DNA of 58,861 bases from an uncultured Clostridia bacterium (GTDB lineage: Bacteria; Bacillota; Clostridia; TANB77; CAG-508): contig CAKOVG010000003.1 in the NCBI GenBank assembly GCA_934121875.1, positions 1-58,861 on the forward strand, read 5' to 3'. The notes beneath the pieces are model-generated. The model ran no database searches. It was not told the origin of the DNA and worked only from the letters and a program-made list of their open reading frames with translations. This document shows, piece by piece, positions 18,823 to 29,727 of the stretch (its first letter is position 1; each line of letters starts with the position of its first letter). Position numbers and translations under genes: made by a program.

Positions 18823-18866
18823 TTATAAAAAGAGCCTTAAATTCCTTTACGGAAATTAACGCTCTT
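18823..18866 (-). terminator. probable intrinsic terminator after rpoC
   Basis: On the minus strand, AGAGCGTTAATTTCC - GTAAA - GGAATTTAAGGCTCT forms a 15-bp stem with 2 mismatches, followed by TTTTATAAT. It sits between the rpoC stop and the adhesin gene. Confidence 0.55.
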
Positions 18867-18952
18867 TGTTTCATATTTCTATTTTTTATAATTTCGTGAC
18901 ATTTTTGTAACAAATTGTCATATTTTTTTGGTTTTTCTTACGCATAGTAGCA

Positions 18953-18968
18953 TTTTGTCGTTTTTAGT
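18953..18968 (+). promoter_or_regulatory. copy A of the recurring motif TTTGTCGTTTTTAGT (0A-box-like core TTTGTCG)
   Basis: This is an exact match to the copies at 37781-37796 and 40298-40312. It lies 14 nt past the rpoC stop and about 228 nt upstream of the giant adhesin start. Confidence 0.5.
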
Positions 18969-18981
18969 TTTCTACTTTCTA

Positions 18982-21900
18982 TTAATTATTAGTATTAATA
19001 CTTTCTTTCTCTTCTTCATTTTCTTCTGTATTAATATGTGTATTTTTATATACAGGAAGTCCTGTTCCTGCAGGTATTAATTTACCAATAATAACGTTTT
19101 CTTTTAATCCAATCAAATCATCAACTTTGCCTTTAACAGCTGCTTCTGTTAATACTCTTGTTGTTTCTTGGAATGATGCTGCTGATAAGAAACTTTCTGT
19201 TGCTAATGATGCTTTTGTAATTCCTAGTAATATACGTTTTCCTGTTGCAGGACGTTTTCCTTCTGCCTCAACTAATGCGTTTTTGTCTTCAAAATCATGT
19301 ATATCTACTAATGAACCTGCAAACATATCTGTATCACCATTATCTTCTACTCTTACCTTTTTAAGCATTTGTCTACCAATTACCTCAATGTGTTTATCAT
19401 TAATATCAACACCTTGATTACGATAAACCTTTTGAACTTCTTGAATTAAATATTCATATACTCCGCTAGGTCCTTTAATTGCTAATATTTCAACTGGATT
19501 TAAAGCACCTTCAATTAAAGCATCTCCAGCTTTTACTTCATCTCCATCTTTTACACGTAATTTAGCTCTAAATGGTATTGCATAAGTTTTTGAATCATCT
19601 TTAGATGTAACAACAATTTCTTTCTTCTTTTTGTCTTCAACAATTTTAACTTTACCATCTATTTCTGTCATTACTGCTAATCCCTTTGGTTTACGAGCTT
19701 CAAATAGCTCCTCAACTCTAGGAAGACCTTGTGTAATATCGGCAACACCAGCAACACCACCAGAGTGAATAGTTCTCATTGTTAATTGTGTACCAGGCTC
19801 ACCAATTGATTGAGCTGCAATAATACCAACAGATTCGCCAATATTTACTTCATCACGAGTTGCTAATCCCATACCATAACATTTACGGCAAACTCCATGT
19901 CTTGTACGACATCCTAATACTGAACGAACTTTTACTGTTTCAATTCCTGCTGCTACAATTTGTTCGGCAATTTTATCTGTAATCATCATATTTGTATTTG
20001 CAATTATTTCATTTGTTTCAGGATTAATTATATCTTCTAATGGATATCTACCAACTAGTCTTTCTTCAATTTTTTCAACAACTTGGTTTCCATCTTTAAT
20101 ATCAAATACTGTTAGTCCTTCATGTGTTCCGCAGTCATCTTCACGAACTATAATATCTTGAGAAACATCAACTAGTCTTCTTGTTAAGTAACCAGAGTCG
20201 GCTGTTCTTAAAGCTGTATCTGCTAAACCTTTTCTAGCACCGTGTGCAGAAATAAAATATTCTAGTGCATCTAGACCCTCACGGAATGAAGATGTAATAG
20301 GGATTTCTACTGTTTTACCAGTTGTACTAGCCATAAGTCCACGCATACCAGCAATTTGTCTTAATTGGTTGATGTTACCTCTGGCTCCTGATTGGCTCAT
20401 CATGTATACTGGGTTCAAGTCATCAAAATTGCTTTTCATTGCTTCTGTAACTTCATCTGTTGCTTTTTCCCAAATTTTAATAACTGAGTTGTATCTTTCA
20501 TCCTCTGTTATTAAACCACGTTTATATTGTTTTAATACATTATTTACTTGCTCATTTGCTTCAGCAAGAATTTTCTTTTTAGCTTTTGGTACTTTAACAT
20601 CATCAACAGAAACTGTAATACCAGCTGTTGTAGAATGTTTAAAGCCTGTTGATTTAATATAGTCTAGTAATTCTGCTGTTGCACTTAAACCATTTGCATT
20701 TATAGATTTTGCAATTATTTTTCCTAAGTTTTTCTTAGATACTGCAAAGTTAAGTTCTGGTTCAAATAAGTTTTCTGGTTTTGTTCTATCAACAAATCCT
20801 AAGTTTTGTGGGATTCCTTCATTGTAAATTAATCTACCAACCGTTGTTTCTACTTTTCTTGTTTCTAATTTACCATTTACTTCTTTTTGAATTCTTACAA
20901 ATATTTTAGCATGTAATCCTAAGTCATGATTAAAGTATGCCATTTTAGCTTCTTCAGGTGATGAAAAATAGTTTCCTTCTCCCACTTCTCCAGGCACATC
21001 CATTGTTAAGTAATATGCACCTAATATCATATCTTGTGTAGGTACTGTTACTGGTTTACCATCTTGTGGTTTTAAAAGGTTATTTACAGAAAGCATTAAG
21101 TATCTTGCTTCTGCTTGTGCTTCTGGTGATAATGGTAAGTGAATAGCCATTTGGTCGCCGTCAAAGTCAGCGTTGAAAGCTGTACATACTAATGGATGTA
21201 ATTTTATGGCTCTACCTTCTACTAAAACTGGTTCAAATGCTTGAATACCAAGTCTATGTAATGTAGGAGCACGGTTTAGTAATACTGGGTGATCTTTTAT
21301 AACCTCCTCTAGTATATCCCATACTTCTGGTCTTAATCTTTCAACCATTCTTTTAGCATTTTTAATGTTATGTGCAATTCCGCGTCCAACTAATTCTTTC
21401 ATAACAAATGGTTTAAATAATTCAACTGCCATTTCTTTTGGAACACCACATTGGTATATTTTAAGTTCTGGTCCAACAACAATAACAGAACGACCTGAAT
21501 AGTCAACACGCTTTCCTAATAAGTTTTGACGGAATCTACCTTGTTTTCCTTTTAACAAATCTGATAAAGATTTTAATGCTCTACCACCAGCACCTGTAAC
21601 TGGTCTTCCTCGTCTGCTGTTATCAATTAAAGCATCAACTGCTTCTTGTAACATTCTTTTTTCATTACGTACAATAATTTCTGGTGCACCTAATTCTAAT
21701 AATCTTTTTAAACGATTATTTCTGTTTATAACTCTACGATATAAATCATTTAAATCTGATGTTGCAAATCTACCACCATCTAATTGTACCATTGGTCTTA
21801 AATCTGGTGGAATAACCGGTACTACATTCATTATCATCCATTCTGGTTTGTTTTCTGATAATCTAAATGCCTCTACTGTATCTAATCTTTTTATTAATTT

Positions 21901-22515
21901 TGCCTTTTTTTGTTCACTTGCTTTTTCAAGTTCTTTTTTTAGTTTTTCTGCTAATTTTTCTACATCTATTTTTGATAAAAGTTCTTCAAGTGCTTCTGCT
22001 CCCATCTTAGCCTCAAAAGATCCTCTACCATATTTTTCTTCTGCTTCACGATATTCTTTTTCAGATAATACTTGCCCAATTGTTAAATCTGTTGTTCCCT
22101 TATCTGTTACAATATATGATGCAAAATATATTACTTTTTCTAAGCTTCTTGGAGATACATCAAGCATTAATCCAATTCTACTTGGAATTCCTTTAAAATA
22201 CCAAATATGTGCAACTGGTGCAGCAAGTTCAATATGTCCCATTCTTTCACGTCTAACTTTTGATTTTGTTACTTCAACACCACATCTATCGCATACAATG
22301 CCTTTGTATCTTACTCTTTTATATTTTCCACAATGACATTCCCAGTCTTTTGTTGGTCCAAATATTTTTTCACAAAATAGACCGTCTTTTTCTGGCTTAA
22401 GTGTTCTGTAGTTAATAGTTTCTGGCTTTTTTACTTCACCTTTTGACCATTCTCTAATTTTCTCATCTGATGCTATTCCAATTTTAAGTTTGTTAAAAAT
22501 TTCTAATTCATCCAC
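18982..22515 (-). CDS. rpoC: DNA-directed RNA polymerase subunit beta'
   Basis: Beta' motifs are unmistakable: the zinc finger [23 protein letters not shown], the catalytic NADFDGDQM, and the trigger-loop/bridge regions. I place the start at the GTG at 22515, which has an AGGGGG RBS 9 nt upstream and gives [23 protein letters not shown], the usual N-terminal length. The ORF track extends it to an ATG at 22551, which has a poor RBS. Confidence 0.95.
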   Translation of the reverse strand: MDELEIFNKLKIGIASDEKIREWSKGEVKKPETINYRTLKPEKDGLFCEKIFGPTKDWECHCGKYKRVRYKGIVCDRCGVEVTKSKVRRERMGHIELAAPVAHIWYFKGIPSRIGLMLDVSPRSLEKVIYFASYIVTDKGTTDLTIGQVLSEKEYREAEEKYGRGSFEAKMGAEALEELLSKIDVEKLAEKLKKELEKASEQKKAKLIKRLDTVEAFRLSENKPEWMIMNVVPVIPPDLRPMVQLDGGRFATSDLNDLYRRVINRNNRLKRLLELGAPEIIVRNEKRMLQEAVDALIDNSRRGRPVTGAGGRALKSLSDLLKGKQGRFRQNLLGKRVDYSGRSVIVVGPELKIYQCGVPKEMAVELFKPFVMKELVGRGIAHNIKNAKRMVERLRPEVWDILEEVIKDHPVLLNRAPTLHRLGIQAFEPVLVEGRAIKLHPLVCTAFNADFDGDQMAIHLPLSPEAQAEARYLMLSVNNLLKPQDGKPVTVPTQDMILGAYYLTMDVPGEVGEGNYFSSPEEAKMAYFNHDLGLHAKIFVRIQKEVNGKLETRKVETTVGRLIYNEGIPQNLGFVDRTKPENLFEPELNFAVSKKNLGKIIAKSINANGLSATAELLDYIKSTGFKHSTTAGITVSVDDVKVPKAKKKILAEANEQVNNVLKQYKRGLITEDERYNSVIKIWEKATDEVTEAMKSNFDDLNPVYMMSQSGARGNINQLRQIAGMRGLMASTTGKTVEIPITSSFREGLDALEYFISAHGARKGLADTALRTADSGYLTRRLVDVSQDIIVREDDCGTHEGLTVFDIKDGNQVVEKIEERLVGRYPLEDIINPETNEIIANTNMMITDKIAEQIVAAGIETVKVRSVLGCRTRHGVCRKCYGMGLATRDEVNIGESVGIIAAQSIGEPGTQLTMRTIHSGGVAGVADITQGLPRVEELFEARKPKGLAVMTEIDGKVKIVEDKKKKEIVVTSKDDSKTYAIPFRAKLRVKDGDEVKAGDALIEGALNPVEILAIKGPSGVYEYLIQEVQKVYRNQGVDINDKHIEVIGRQMLKKVRVEDNGDTDMFAGSLVDIHDFEDKNALVEAEGKRPATGKRILLGITKASLATESFLSAASFQETTRVLTEAAVKGKVDDLIGLKENVIIGKLIPAGTGLPVYKNTHINTEENEEEKESINTNN

Positions 22516-22555
22516 TTTATTTAGCCCCCTAAATATTTTTCTTTTCTTCATACTC

Positions 22556-22609
22556 GTTTAAACAAGTTGTACACTGCTGTGCAATTCCATATTGTAAACT
22601 TGTTTAAAC
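22556..22609 (-). promoter_or_regulatory. perfect 13-bp stem-loop in the rpoB-rpoC spacer
   Basis: GTTTAAACAAGTT (22556-22568) pairs perfectly with AACTTGTTTAAAC (22597-22609), with a 28-nt loop and no U-tract. It is a candidate RNA processing or stability element. Confidence 0.4.
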
Positions 22610-22630
22610 TTTTTGAATGGCTATTTAATT

Positions 22631-25600
22631 TTATTCTTCACTATCGTTAAATTCGTCTATATCTAACAAATCTTCATCATCAAGTAATAAGTCTTCATCA
22701 TCTATGCTATCTTCATCGTCCATGAATTCACTATCTTCTGAGTATCCGTCTGTCAACTCATCTTCGTCTACAATAGCAAGTTCTTCTTCCATTTTAGAAT
22801 TATCTTTAATATTATTAAAGTCTATTCCTTCATCAATGTTTTCTTTTAGTTCTAGTTCCCTATTATCTTCTGAAAGAAGTTTAATATCTAAACCTAAAGA
22901 TTGAAGTTCTTTTACTAGTACTTTAAATCCTTCTGGAACTCCTGGTTCTGGAACATTTTCTCCTTTAACAATTGCTTCATATGTTTTTACTCTTCCTACA
23001 ATGTCATCAGATTTAACTGTTAACATTTCTTGAAGTGTATATGCAGCACCATAAGCTTCTAATGCCCAAACTTCCATCTCTCCAAATCTTTGTCCACCAA
23101 ATTGTGCTTTACCACCAAGAGGTTGTTGTGTTACTAGTGAATATGGTCCAGTTGAACGAGCATGTATCTTGTCATCTACTAAATGATGTAGTTTTAACAT
23201 GTACATTACACCAACTGTAATAGGATGATCAAATGGTTCACCAGTTCTACCGTCATATACTACTGTTTTTCCATCTTCTCTTAATCCAGCTTGTTTAAAT
23301 AAGTCTCTAATTTCTTCGTTTGTAGCACTGTCAAATACTGGGGTTGCCACTTTAATTCCTAGAGCTTTAGCTGCCATACCTAAGTGTACTTCTAGTACTT
23401 GACCTAAGTTCATACGAGAAGGCACACCAAGTGGGTTTAATACTATATCTACTGGGGTACCATCTGGCATAAATGGCATATCTTCTTCTGGTAATATACG
23501 TGAAATAACACCTTTGTTACCATGACGTCCAGCCATTTTATCTCCAACAGATATTTTTCTTTTTGTTGCTATATAGCAACGGATTATTTGGTTTACTCCT
23601 GGTCCTAATTCATCAGAGTTTTCTCTTGTAAATATTTTAACATCTACAATAGTTCCAGCCTCTCCATGTGGAACACGAAGTGAGTTGTCTCTAACTTCTC
23701 TAGCTTTTTCTCCAAATATTGCACGAAGTAGTCTTTCTTCTGCTGTTAGGTCTGTTTCTCCTTTTGGAGTAACTTTACCTACTAATATATCTCCTGGTCT
23801 AACTTCTGCACCTATACGTATAATTCCGTTTTCATCAAGGTCTTTTAAGCTGTCATCTCCAACATTTGGAATATCTCTTGTAATCTCTTCTGGTCCCAAT
23901 TTTGTGTCTCTACATTCACAATCGTATTCTTCTATGTGAATTGATGTATAAACATCTTCTTTTACTAATCTTTCATTAATTAAAACAGCATCTTCGTAGT
24001 TGTAACCTTCCCAAGTTGTGAAAGCTATTAAAACGTTTTTTCCAAGAGCCATTTCTCCATCTTTTGTTCCAGGTCCATCAGCAATTAGTTCTCCTGCTTT
24101 AACTCTTTCTCCAACACTTACAACTGGTCTTTGATTTATGCATGTACCACCATTTGTTCTTTTGAATTTTCTTAAATGGTACACATCTAATTCGTCTTTT
24201 TTATTTCTAATTTGAATTTCTTCACCAGTTACTCTTTCAACTATACCGTCATTTTTGGCCATTACTGTAATTCCAGAATCTTTTGCTGCTCTATATTCCA
24301 TTCCTGTTCCAACTATTGGAGATTCTGTTGTAAGTAGTGGTACAGCTTGACGTTGCATGTTTGCACCCATTAGAGAACGTTTTACGTCGTCATGCTCTAA
24401 GAATGGAATCATTGCTGCTGCAACTGATACTAATTGTTTTGGAGATACTTCAACAAAGTCAACTTGGTCTTTATCAACCATAGTAATATCTGCTCTGTGA
24501 CGTACACGAATTCTTTCATTAATAAATTTTCCTTCTTTATCAAGCGGTTCTGATGCTTGTGCAACTATGTATTTATCCTCTTCATCAGCTGACATATATA
24601 TAACTTCATCAGTTACTACTCCATTTTCATGATCTACTTTTCTATATGGTGTTTCAATAAATCCATATTCATTTATAATTGCAAATGATGAAAGTGCTGA
24701 TATAAGTCCAATATTTGGTCCTTCTGGAGATTCTACTGGACATAATCTACCATAATGTGTATAGTGAATATCACGAACCTCAAATCCAGCTCTTTCACGA
24801 GATAAACCGCCAGGTCCTAAAGCAGAAATTCTTCTTTTATGAGTTAACTCTGAAAGTGGGTTTGTTTGATCCATGAATTGTGATAATTGCGAACTTCCAA
24901 AGAATTCTCTTATAGAAGATGTTATTGGTTTTGTATTTATTAATGATTGTGGTGTAACTATATCTAAATCTTGAATTGTCATTCTTTCACGAACAACTCT
25001 TTCTAGTCTTGTTAAACCAATTCTAAATTGATTTTGTAATAATTCACCAACACAACGAATACGACGGTTTCCTAAGTGGTCAATATCATCAACTGTTCCT
25101 AATCCATGTTCTAAGTTTAATAAATAACTTATTGAAGCAATAATATCTTCGTTTGTAACATGTTTTGGAATTAATTCATCTAATCTTGCCTTAATAACAT
25201 CGTGTAATTCTTTTTGTTCTGTAGTATCAATTATTGATTTTAGCACTACATAGTTTACCATTTCTTTAATATGTAAGTCACTTAAATCAACATTAGGTAA
25301 TATGCTGTGAATATTAACTGTTCCATTACCAATAATTCTTACTGGTTTGTCATCAACTTTTACGTCAACAATATTAATTCCGCTGTTTTGAATTGCAATT
25401 GCTGCATCTTCTGAAATACTGCTATCTTTTTCTGCTAATACTTCTCCAGTTTCTGGATCAATAATGTCATTGTATGCAATTCTTCCTTCAATTCTTGATG
25501 CTAAGCTTAGTTTTTTATTAAATTTATATCTACCTACTTTAGCTAAATCATATCTTCTATCATCAAAAAGTAAACCGTTAAATAAGTTTCTTGCAGCATC

Positions 25601-26344
25601 TGTTGTTGGTAATTCTCCTGGTCTTAATTTTTTATATATTTCAACTAAAGCTTCTTCTTGAGTTTTAATTGGATCTTTCATTAAAGTTTCTTTTATTTTA
25701 TTTTCTTCTCCGAACAACTCTGTAATTTGTTCATCTGTTACTATTCCTAATGCTCTTAAAAGTGTTGAAACTGGTATTTTTCTTGTTCTATCAACTCTGG
25801 CCCAAAACACGTCATTTCCATCAGTTTCATATTCTATCCATGCACCACGAATAGGCATAACAGTAGATGTGTAAATTCTTCTTCCTGTTTTGCTGTCAAA
25901 ATCTTGTGCATAGTAGCAGCCTGGTGAACGAACTAATTGGCTTACTACAACCCTTTCTGCACCATTGATTACAAAAGTACCACTATCTGTCATAAGTGGG
26001 AAATCGCCAAGATAAATTTCTTGTTCTTTGATTTCACCTGTTTCACGATTGATAAGTCTTACTTTTACATGTAATCTTGTAGAATAAGTTGCATCACGTT
26101 CTTTCGCTTCTTCTAATGTGTATTTTGTTTTTTCTTCTATGTAGTAGTCTAGAAATTCAAGTACTAAGTTTCCTGAATAATCAACTATTGGAGATATGTC
26201 TCTAAGAACTTCTCCTAAGCCTTCTTCGATGAACCAGTTGTATGAGTCTTTTTGAACTTGAATCAAGTTTGGCATTTCGATTGAATCGCCGATTTTTGCA
26301 AAAGTTTTACGAGTACATTTCTCGTGTTTAATCTCTTTTAACAA
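22631..26344 (-). CDS. rpoB: DNA-directed RNA polymerase subunit beta
   Basis: Diagnostic beta motifs are present ([23 protein letters not shown], the rifampicin-cluster region [25 protein letters not shown]). The likely start is the TTG at 26344, with AAGGAG 8 nt upstream. The track's GTG at 26353 abuts the RBS. There is an acidic C-terminal tail. Confidence 0.95.
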   Translation of the reverse strand: MLKEIKHEKCTRKTFAKIGDSIEMPNLIQVQKDSYNWFIEEGLGEVLRDISPIVDYSGNLVLEFLDYYIEEKTKYTLEEAKERDATYSTRLHVKVRLINRETGEIKEQEIYLGDFPLMTDSGTFVINGAERVVVSQLVRSPGCYYAQDFDSKTGRRIYTSTVMPIRGAWIEYETDGNDVFWARVDRTRKIPVSTLLRALGIVTDEQITELFGEENKIKETLMKDPIKTQEEALVEIYKKLRPGELPTTDAARNLFNGLLFDDRRYDLAKVGRYKFNKKLSLASRIEGRIAYNDIIDPETGEVLAEKDSSISEDAAIAIQNSGINIVDVKVDDKPVRIIGNGTVNIHSILPNVDLSDLHIKEMVNYVVLKSIIDTTEQKELHDVIKARLDELIPKHVTNEDIIASISYLLNLEHGLGTVDDIDHLGNRRIRCVGELLQNQFRIGLTRLERVVRERMTIQDLDIVTPQSLINTKPITSSIREFFGSSQLSQFMDQTNPLSELTHKRRISALGPGGLSRERAGFEVRDIHYTHYGRLCPVESPEGPNIGLISALSSFAIINEYGFIETPYRKVDHENGVVTDEVIYMSADEEDKYIVAQASEPLDKEGKFINERIRVRHRADITMVDKDQVDFVEVSPKQLVSVAAAMIPFLEHDDVKRSLMGANMQRQAVPLLTTESPIVGTGMEYRAAKDSGITVMAKNDGIVERVTGEEIQIRNKKDELDVYHLRKFKRTNGGTCINQRPVVSVGERVKAGELIADGPGTKDGEMALGKNVLIAFTTWEGYNYEDAVLINERLVKEDVYTSIHIEEYDCECRDTKLGPEEITRDIPNVGDDSLKDLDENGIIRIGAEVRPGDILVGKVTPKGETDLTAEERLLRAIFGEKAREVRDNSLRVPHGEAGTIVDVKIFTRENSDELGPGVNQIIRCYIATKRKISVGDKMAGRHGNKGVISRILPEEDMPFMPDGTPVDIVLNPLGVPSRMNLGQVLEVHLGMAAKALGIKVATPVFDSATNEEIRDLFKQAGLREDGKTVVYDGRTGEPFDHPITVGVMYMLKLHHLVDDKIHARSTGPYSLVTQQPLGGKAQFGGQRFGEMEVWALEAYGAAYTLQEMLTVKSDDIVGRVKTYEAIVKGENVPEPGVPEGFKVLVKELQSLGLDIKLLSEDNRELELKENIDEGIDFNNIKDNSKMEEELAIVDEDELTDGYSEDSEFMDDEDSIDDEDLLLDDEDLLDIDEFNDSEE

Positions 26345-26536
26345 AAAAATCACTCCTTAAAAAAAATTAAGCAGAAGTTATAATATATGATTTTAATAAA
26401 AAGTCCTTCTTGTTTCTATAATTGGTTTACAGTTTGGCATATTTTCTGCTCTCTAAATACCCTTTCCGTAGGCAATTATATTGCAATTCCTCTTTTTATT
26501 AAATTAACATAATCTTGTTCAAAGGACAACAAAAAG

Positions 26537-26566
26537 ACGGTTGACACTTTTGTCAACTGTTTTGCT
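26537..26566 (-). terminator. terminator-like hairpin inside the rpoB 5' leader (possible attenuator)
   Basis: On the minus strand, ACAGTTGACA-AAAG-TGTCAACCGT is followed by CTTTTTGTTG. It lies about 90 nt downstream of the predicted rpoB promoter and about 190 nt upstream of the start codon. Confidence 0.4.
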
Positions 26567-26658
26567 TGTTGTTTATTTGATATAATTTATTTTTATATTA
26601 ATCATTACATCCACCTTAAATGTAGACTAGTAATGCTTAATAAAAGCATACCTATTTT

Positions 26659-26687
26659 AGTATACCACCTGTTGTTCCTGCTGTCAA
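26659..26687 (-). promoter_or_regulatory. sigma-A promoter for rpoBC (TTGACA-17 nt-TGgTATACT)
   Basis: On the minus strand, TTGACA (26682-26687) is followed by a 17-nt spacer ending in TG-G and TATACT (26659-26664). This implies a leader of about 300 nt. Confidence 0.65.
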
Positions 26688-26715
26688 CAATTTTGGTAAA
26701 ATTTAATAATTTTTG

Positions 26716-26744
26716 TAGACAAATAATATTTAGTATAGTACAAT
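26716..26744 (+). promoter_or_regulatory. possible sigma-A promoter for the 26778 gene (TAGACA-17 nt-TACAAT)
   Basis: These hexamers are spaced 17 nt apart, about 35 nt upstream of the ATG at 26778. Confidence 0.45.
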
Positions 26745-26777
26745 ATTTGCATTATTAATAGAAATGAGGTTAATTAT

Positions 26778-27269
26778 ATGTCTATAATTTTGAAATATTT
26801 AATTACATTCTTCGTTGGTATGGTTCCCATTTTAGAGTTAAGGGGTGCTATTCCAATAGGTGTTGGGCTTGGTCTTTCATATTTTGAAGCTTTTGTCTTT
26901 AGCTTTCTAGGAAATATTGTACCTATATATTTTATTGTTAAATATATTAAACCTTTATTCAATTTTTTTGGAAGATGGAAACCTTTTAAATTTATAATTG
27001 ACTGGGCCACTGAAAGAGCTACTAAAAAAATTGAAGAAAGTGAAAAATTACAAAATTATACAGCTTTAGGTCTATTTTTATTTGTAGCAATACCTCTACC
27101 TGGAACTGGTGCATGGGTTGGTTCTTTAATTGCTAACTTTTTAAATTTACCACCTAAAAAAGCTATTCCGCCAATTATAGCTGGTGTTATTGTTGCTGGT
27201 ATTATCGTTTTAGCAGTAACTGCAGTTGCTAATGGTGGTATTCAATATTTGTTTAATCACATTAATTAA
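26778..27269 (+). CDS. small multidrug-export family membrane protein (COG2426 / Sm_multidrug_ex-like)
   Basis: The 163-aa protein has 4 hydrophobic segments. The family-typical N-terminus (VGMVPILELRGAIPIGVGLGL) and the PLPGTGAWVGSL segment are present. A GAGG RBS precedes it. Confidence 0.7.
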   Translation: MSIILKYLITFFVGMVPILELRGAIPIGVGLGLSYFEAFVFSFLGNIVPIYFIVKYIKPLFNFFGRWKPFKFIIDWATERATKKIEESEKLQNYTALGLFLFVAIPLPGTGAWVGSLIANFLNLPPKKAIPPIIAGVIVAGIIVLAVTAVANGGIQYLFNHIN

Positions 27270-27274
27270 AATTA

Positions 27275-27330
27275 AAAAGATGTTGATATAATCTTCAAAT
27301 AAAATTATTATATTAACATCTTTTTATTTT
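27275..27330. terminator. bidirectional intrinsic terminator between convergent genes
   Basis: AAAAGATGTTGATATAAT (27275-27292) pairs with ATTATATTAACATCTTTT (27306-27323) with one wobble. A-runs and T-runs flank it on both sides. Confidence 0.75.
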
Positions 27331-27336
27331 ATTAAA

Positions 27337-28887
27337 TTATTCTAATAACATTTCAAATTCAATTATAACTTTAAATAAATCTCCATCTAAGTGTATATTG
27401 AACTGACCTCCTTGAAGTTTCGTTAAGCTCGATGCTATTGAAAGTCCTAATCCGCTTCCCTCTGTATTTCTTGAAGTTTCTCCTCTTACAAACCTTTGCA
27501 TTAATTCATCTACCGATATATTAAGCTCTTGTTTTGATATATTTTTCATATAGATTTGAACTTTATTTTTGCTTTTAATTACATCTAAATATACCCTTGT
27601 ATTTTCCATTGCATATTTAGCAACATTGGTATAAATATTTTCTAATATTCTATACATATATCTTCCATCTGCTTTTATATATATATCTTGCTCTGGAAAT
27701 GTTGTTATTTCTTCCAGTTCTTTTTCTTTAAATTTATCTTCAAATTCTCCTGACACCTGCTGTACAAGTTCTTTTACATTAAGTTTTTCCATATTTAATT
27801 TTATATTTCCTGAAGATGCTTTTGAAGCTTCTACTAAATCTTCTGTTAGCTTTTTTAATCTTTGAGATTTGTTATCTAATATCCTTAAATATTCAGCAGC
27901 TTTCTCATTTGGCATTTTTTCTTTTTTTAGTAAGTCCACATAATTAATAATTGATGTAAGCGGAGTTTTTATATCATGGGAAACATTTGTTATAAGCTCA
28001 GTTTTAAGTCTTTCACTCTTTAAACTTTGTTCAATTGCATTTGATAAACCTCCAGCAATATCATCAATATATATTGCCATCTGTTTTATAACTCCTTTTA
28101 ATTCGTTTGGATTTAAATCTATATTTGTATCTCCGTCATATATATTTTTTAAAGCTATTTGAATTTTATTAATTTCTTCCACTTTTTTGCACAATACATA
28201 AAATGTGCCTATTCCAAGCATTGCTAGTATTACTATATTAATTAAGTTCTTGTTAGCTGTATCATTTGGTATTGCCAATGTTATAAAAAAACCTATGATG
28301 CAAAATCCCCAGTAATATATAAATAGCTTTGTCATTATTTTGCGGTTATCTATCATCTTCTTAAATGCTTTATAAATAGAATATATTAAAGTTGTTTTCC
28401 ATAACATTCTAGCTTTTATTCTTTTTACTATAGTTTCTAATAATGCTATTGAGTCTACATATATTATTGCAGTTCCGCAACTTACTAGCATTATGCTTAT
28501 TGAATTCTCAAATGAATTCCAGCCCATTGTTAAAATATAAAATCCAGCTAAAAATAATATAAAAATTGTAATTAATACTATTTCTAATTTCCATTTATCA
28601 AACCAATTTAGTTTAACTGTATCATCATTTTTATTTTTTCCAATTCCATCTATAATTATTACTGCCAATATAGTTAGCATAACAATAGATGTAGGAATTA
28701 AAAATGGAGTTACCCCTTTTGTTGCACTTGCCAAGCCATCTGCCATTTGCCAGATATAATTTGAATCTTGTGTAATATTCATTTCTTCATCTATAATTTT
28801 AGTACCTAGTGTTGATAATATTAAAAGCAATACAAATATTGGTGCTAAAACATAAGATATATTTTTAGCAATTTTTGCTCCGTTCAT
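27337..28887 (-). CDS. multi-TM sensor histidine kinase
   Basis: The 516-aa protein has a hydrophobic N-terminal half. It carries the H-box VSHDIKTPLTSI and HATPase motifs (ILENIYTNVAKYA, EGSGLGLSIA). It starts 11 nt after the response-regulator stop. Confidence 0.85.
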   Translation of the reverse strand: MNGAKIAKNISYVLAPIFVLLLILSTLGTKIIDEEMNITQDSNYIWQMADGLASATKGVTPFLIPTSIVMLTILAVIIIDGIGKNKNDDTVKLNWFDKWKLEIVLITIFILFLAGFYILTMGWNSFENSISIMLVSCGTAIIYVDSIALLETIVKRIKARMLWKTTLIYSIYKAFKKMIDNRKIMTKLFIYYWGFCIIGFFITLAIPNDTANKNLINIVILAMLGIGTFYVLCKKVEEINKIQIALKNIYDGDTNIDLNPNELKGVIKQMAIYIDDIAGGLSNAIEQSLKSERLKTELITNVSHDIKTPLTSIINYVDLLKKEKMPNEKAAEYLRILDNKSQRLKKLTEDLVEASKASSGNIKLNMEKLNVKELVQQVSGEFEDKFKEKELEEITTFPEQDIYIKADGRYMYRILENIYTNVAKYAMENTRVYLDVIKSKNKVQIYMKNISKQELNISVDELMQRFVRGETSRNTEGSGLGLSIASSLTKLQGGQFNIHLDGDLFKVIIEFEMLLE

Positions 28888-28898
28888 TTTTCTCCCTT

Positions 28899-29606
28899 CT
28901 ATTTCTCCAAATTTTCAATTTTATATCCTATTCCCCAAATTACCTTTAAGTATTTTGGTTCTCTTGGGTTTATTTCTATTTTTTCTCTTATGTGCCTAAT
29001 ATGTACTGCTATAATATTTTCTGCACCATAGCACTCGTCTTCCCATACGTTTTGGTAAATTTGTTCAATTGAATACACTATTCCTTTATTTTTAGTTAAA
29101 AATTTTAAAATATTATATTCTGTTGGTGTTAGTTTTACATCTCTTCCCTCAACTGTTACTTGTTTTGTATCGTCATTTATTATTAAGTCACCTGACCAAT
29201 ATGTATTTCCATCTTTACTTTTATCTGCTATTGATCCTAAGTGTGTATATCTACGAATTTGTGAGTTGACTCTTGCAATTAATTCCAATGGGTTAAATGG
29301 TTTTGTAATATAGTCATCTGCTCCATTATTTAATCCTGTAATTTTATCATAGTCTTCTGATTTTGCAGAAAGCATTATTATTGGAATTGATTTATCTTTT
29401 CGAATTAAATTTGCTGTGCTAATTCCATCAAGTTTTGGCATCATTATATCTAGCAAAATCAAATGAATATCATCAGTTTTTTCTACAATTTTTAATGCTT
29501 CCATTCCATCATATGCTTTTAATATGTTGTACCCTTCTTTGCTCAAATATACTTCTATTGCATTTACAATTTCCTTATCATCATCTACTACCAAAATATT
29601 GTACAT
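28899..29606 (-). CDS. OmpR/PhoB-family response regulator
   Basis: The receiver domain (ILVVDDD..., LLDIMMPKLDG, SAKSED) is followed by a winged-helix C-terminus (LTPTEYNILKFL..., VIWGIGYK). The start is set at the ATG at 29606 (MYNILVVDDD), which has an AAAGGGGA RBS. The track's longer version lacks an RBS. Confidence 0.85.
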   Translation of the reverse strand: MYNILVVDDDKEIVNAIEVYLSKEGYNILKAYDGMEALKIVEKTDDIHLILLDIMMPKLDGISTANLIRKDKSIPIIMLSAKSEDYDKITGLNNGADDYITKPFNPLELIARVNSQIRRYTHLGSIADKSKDGNTYWSGDLIINDDTKQVTVEGRDVKLTPTEYNILKFLTKNKGIVYSIEQIYQNVWEDECYGAENIIAVHIRHIREKIEINPREPKYLKVIWGIGYKIENLEK

Positions 29607-29693
29607 AGTTTTCCCCTTTTTGTTTATTACATATAAATTATACCACAAATTTATTAAGAAAAAAGTAGTTAAATTATTAAGTTATTCTTAACA

Positions 29694-29727
29694 GCAAAAC
29701 CAGCACTTTAATTGTTGCTGGTTTTGT
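29694..29727 (-). terminator. probable terminator overlapping the AI-2E transporter stop codon
   Basis: AAAACCAGCA (29696-29705) pairs with TGCTGGTTTT (29716-29725). The U-rich end lies in the gene direction. Confidence 0.5.

Noticed and set aside
22631-22850. Long acidic C-terminal tail of RpoB (…[45 protein letters not shown])
   Set aside because: Acidic C-terminal extensions of beta are common in Firmicutes (Bacillus subtilis RpoB also ends in an acidic tail), so it is not reported as unusual.
19127-25661. Antisense ORFs within rpoC and rpoB (for example 21848-22336, 162 aa)
   Set aside because: They lie opposite unmistakable RNA polymerase subunit genes and give S/F/L-rich nonsense translations.
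26774-27010. 78-aa minus-strand ORF
   Set aside because: It is antisense to the Sm_multidrug_ex-family gene, which has the recognisable ELRGAIP signature.
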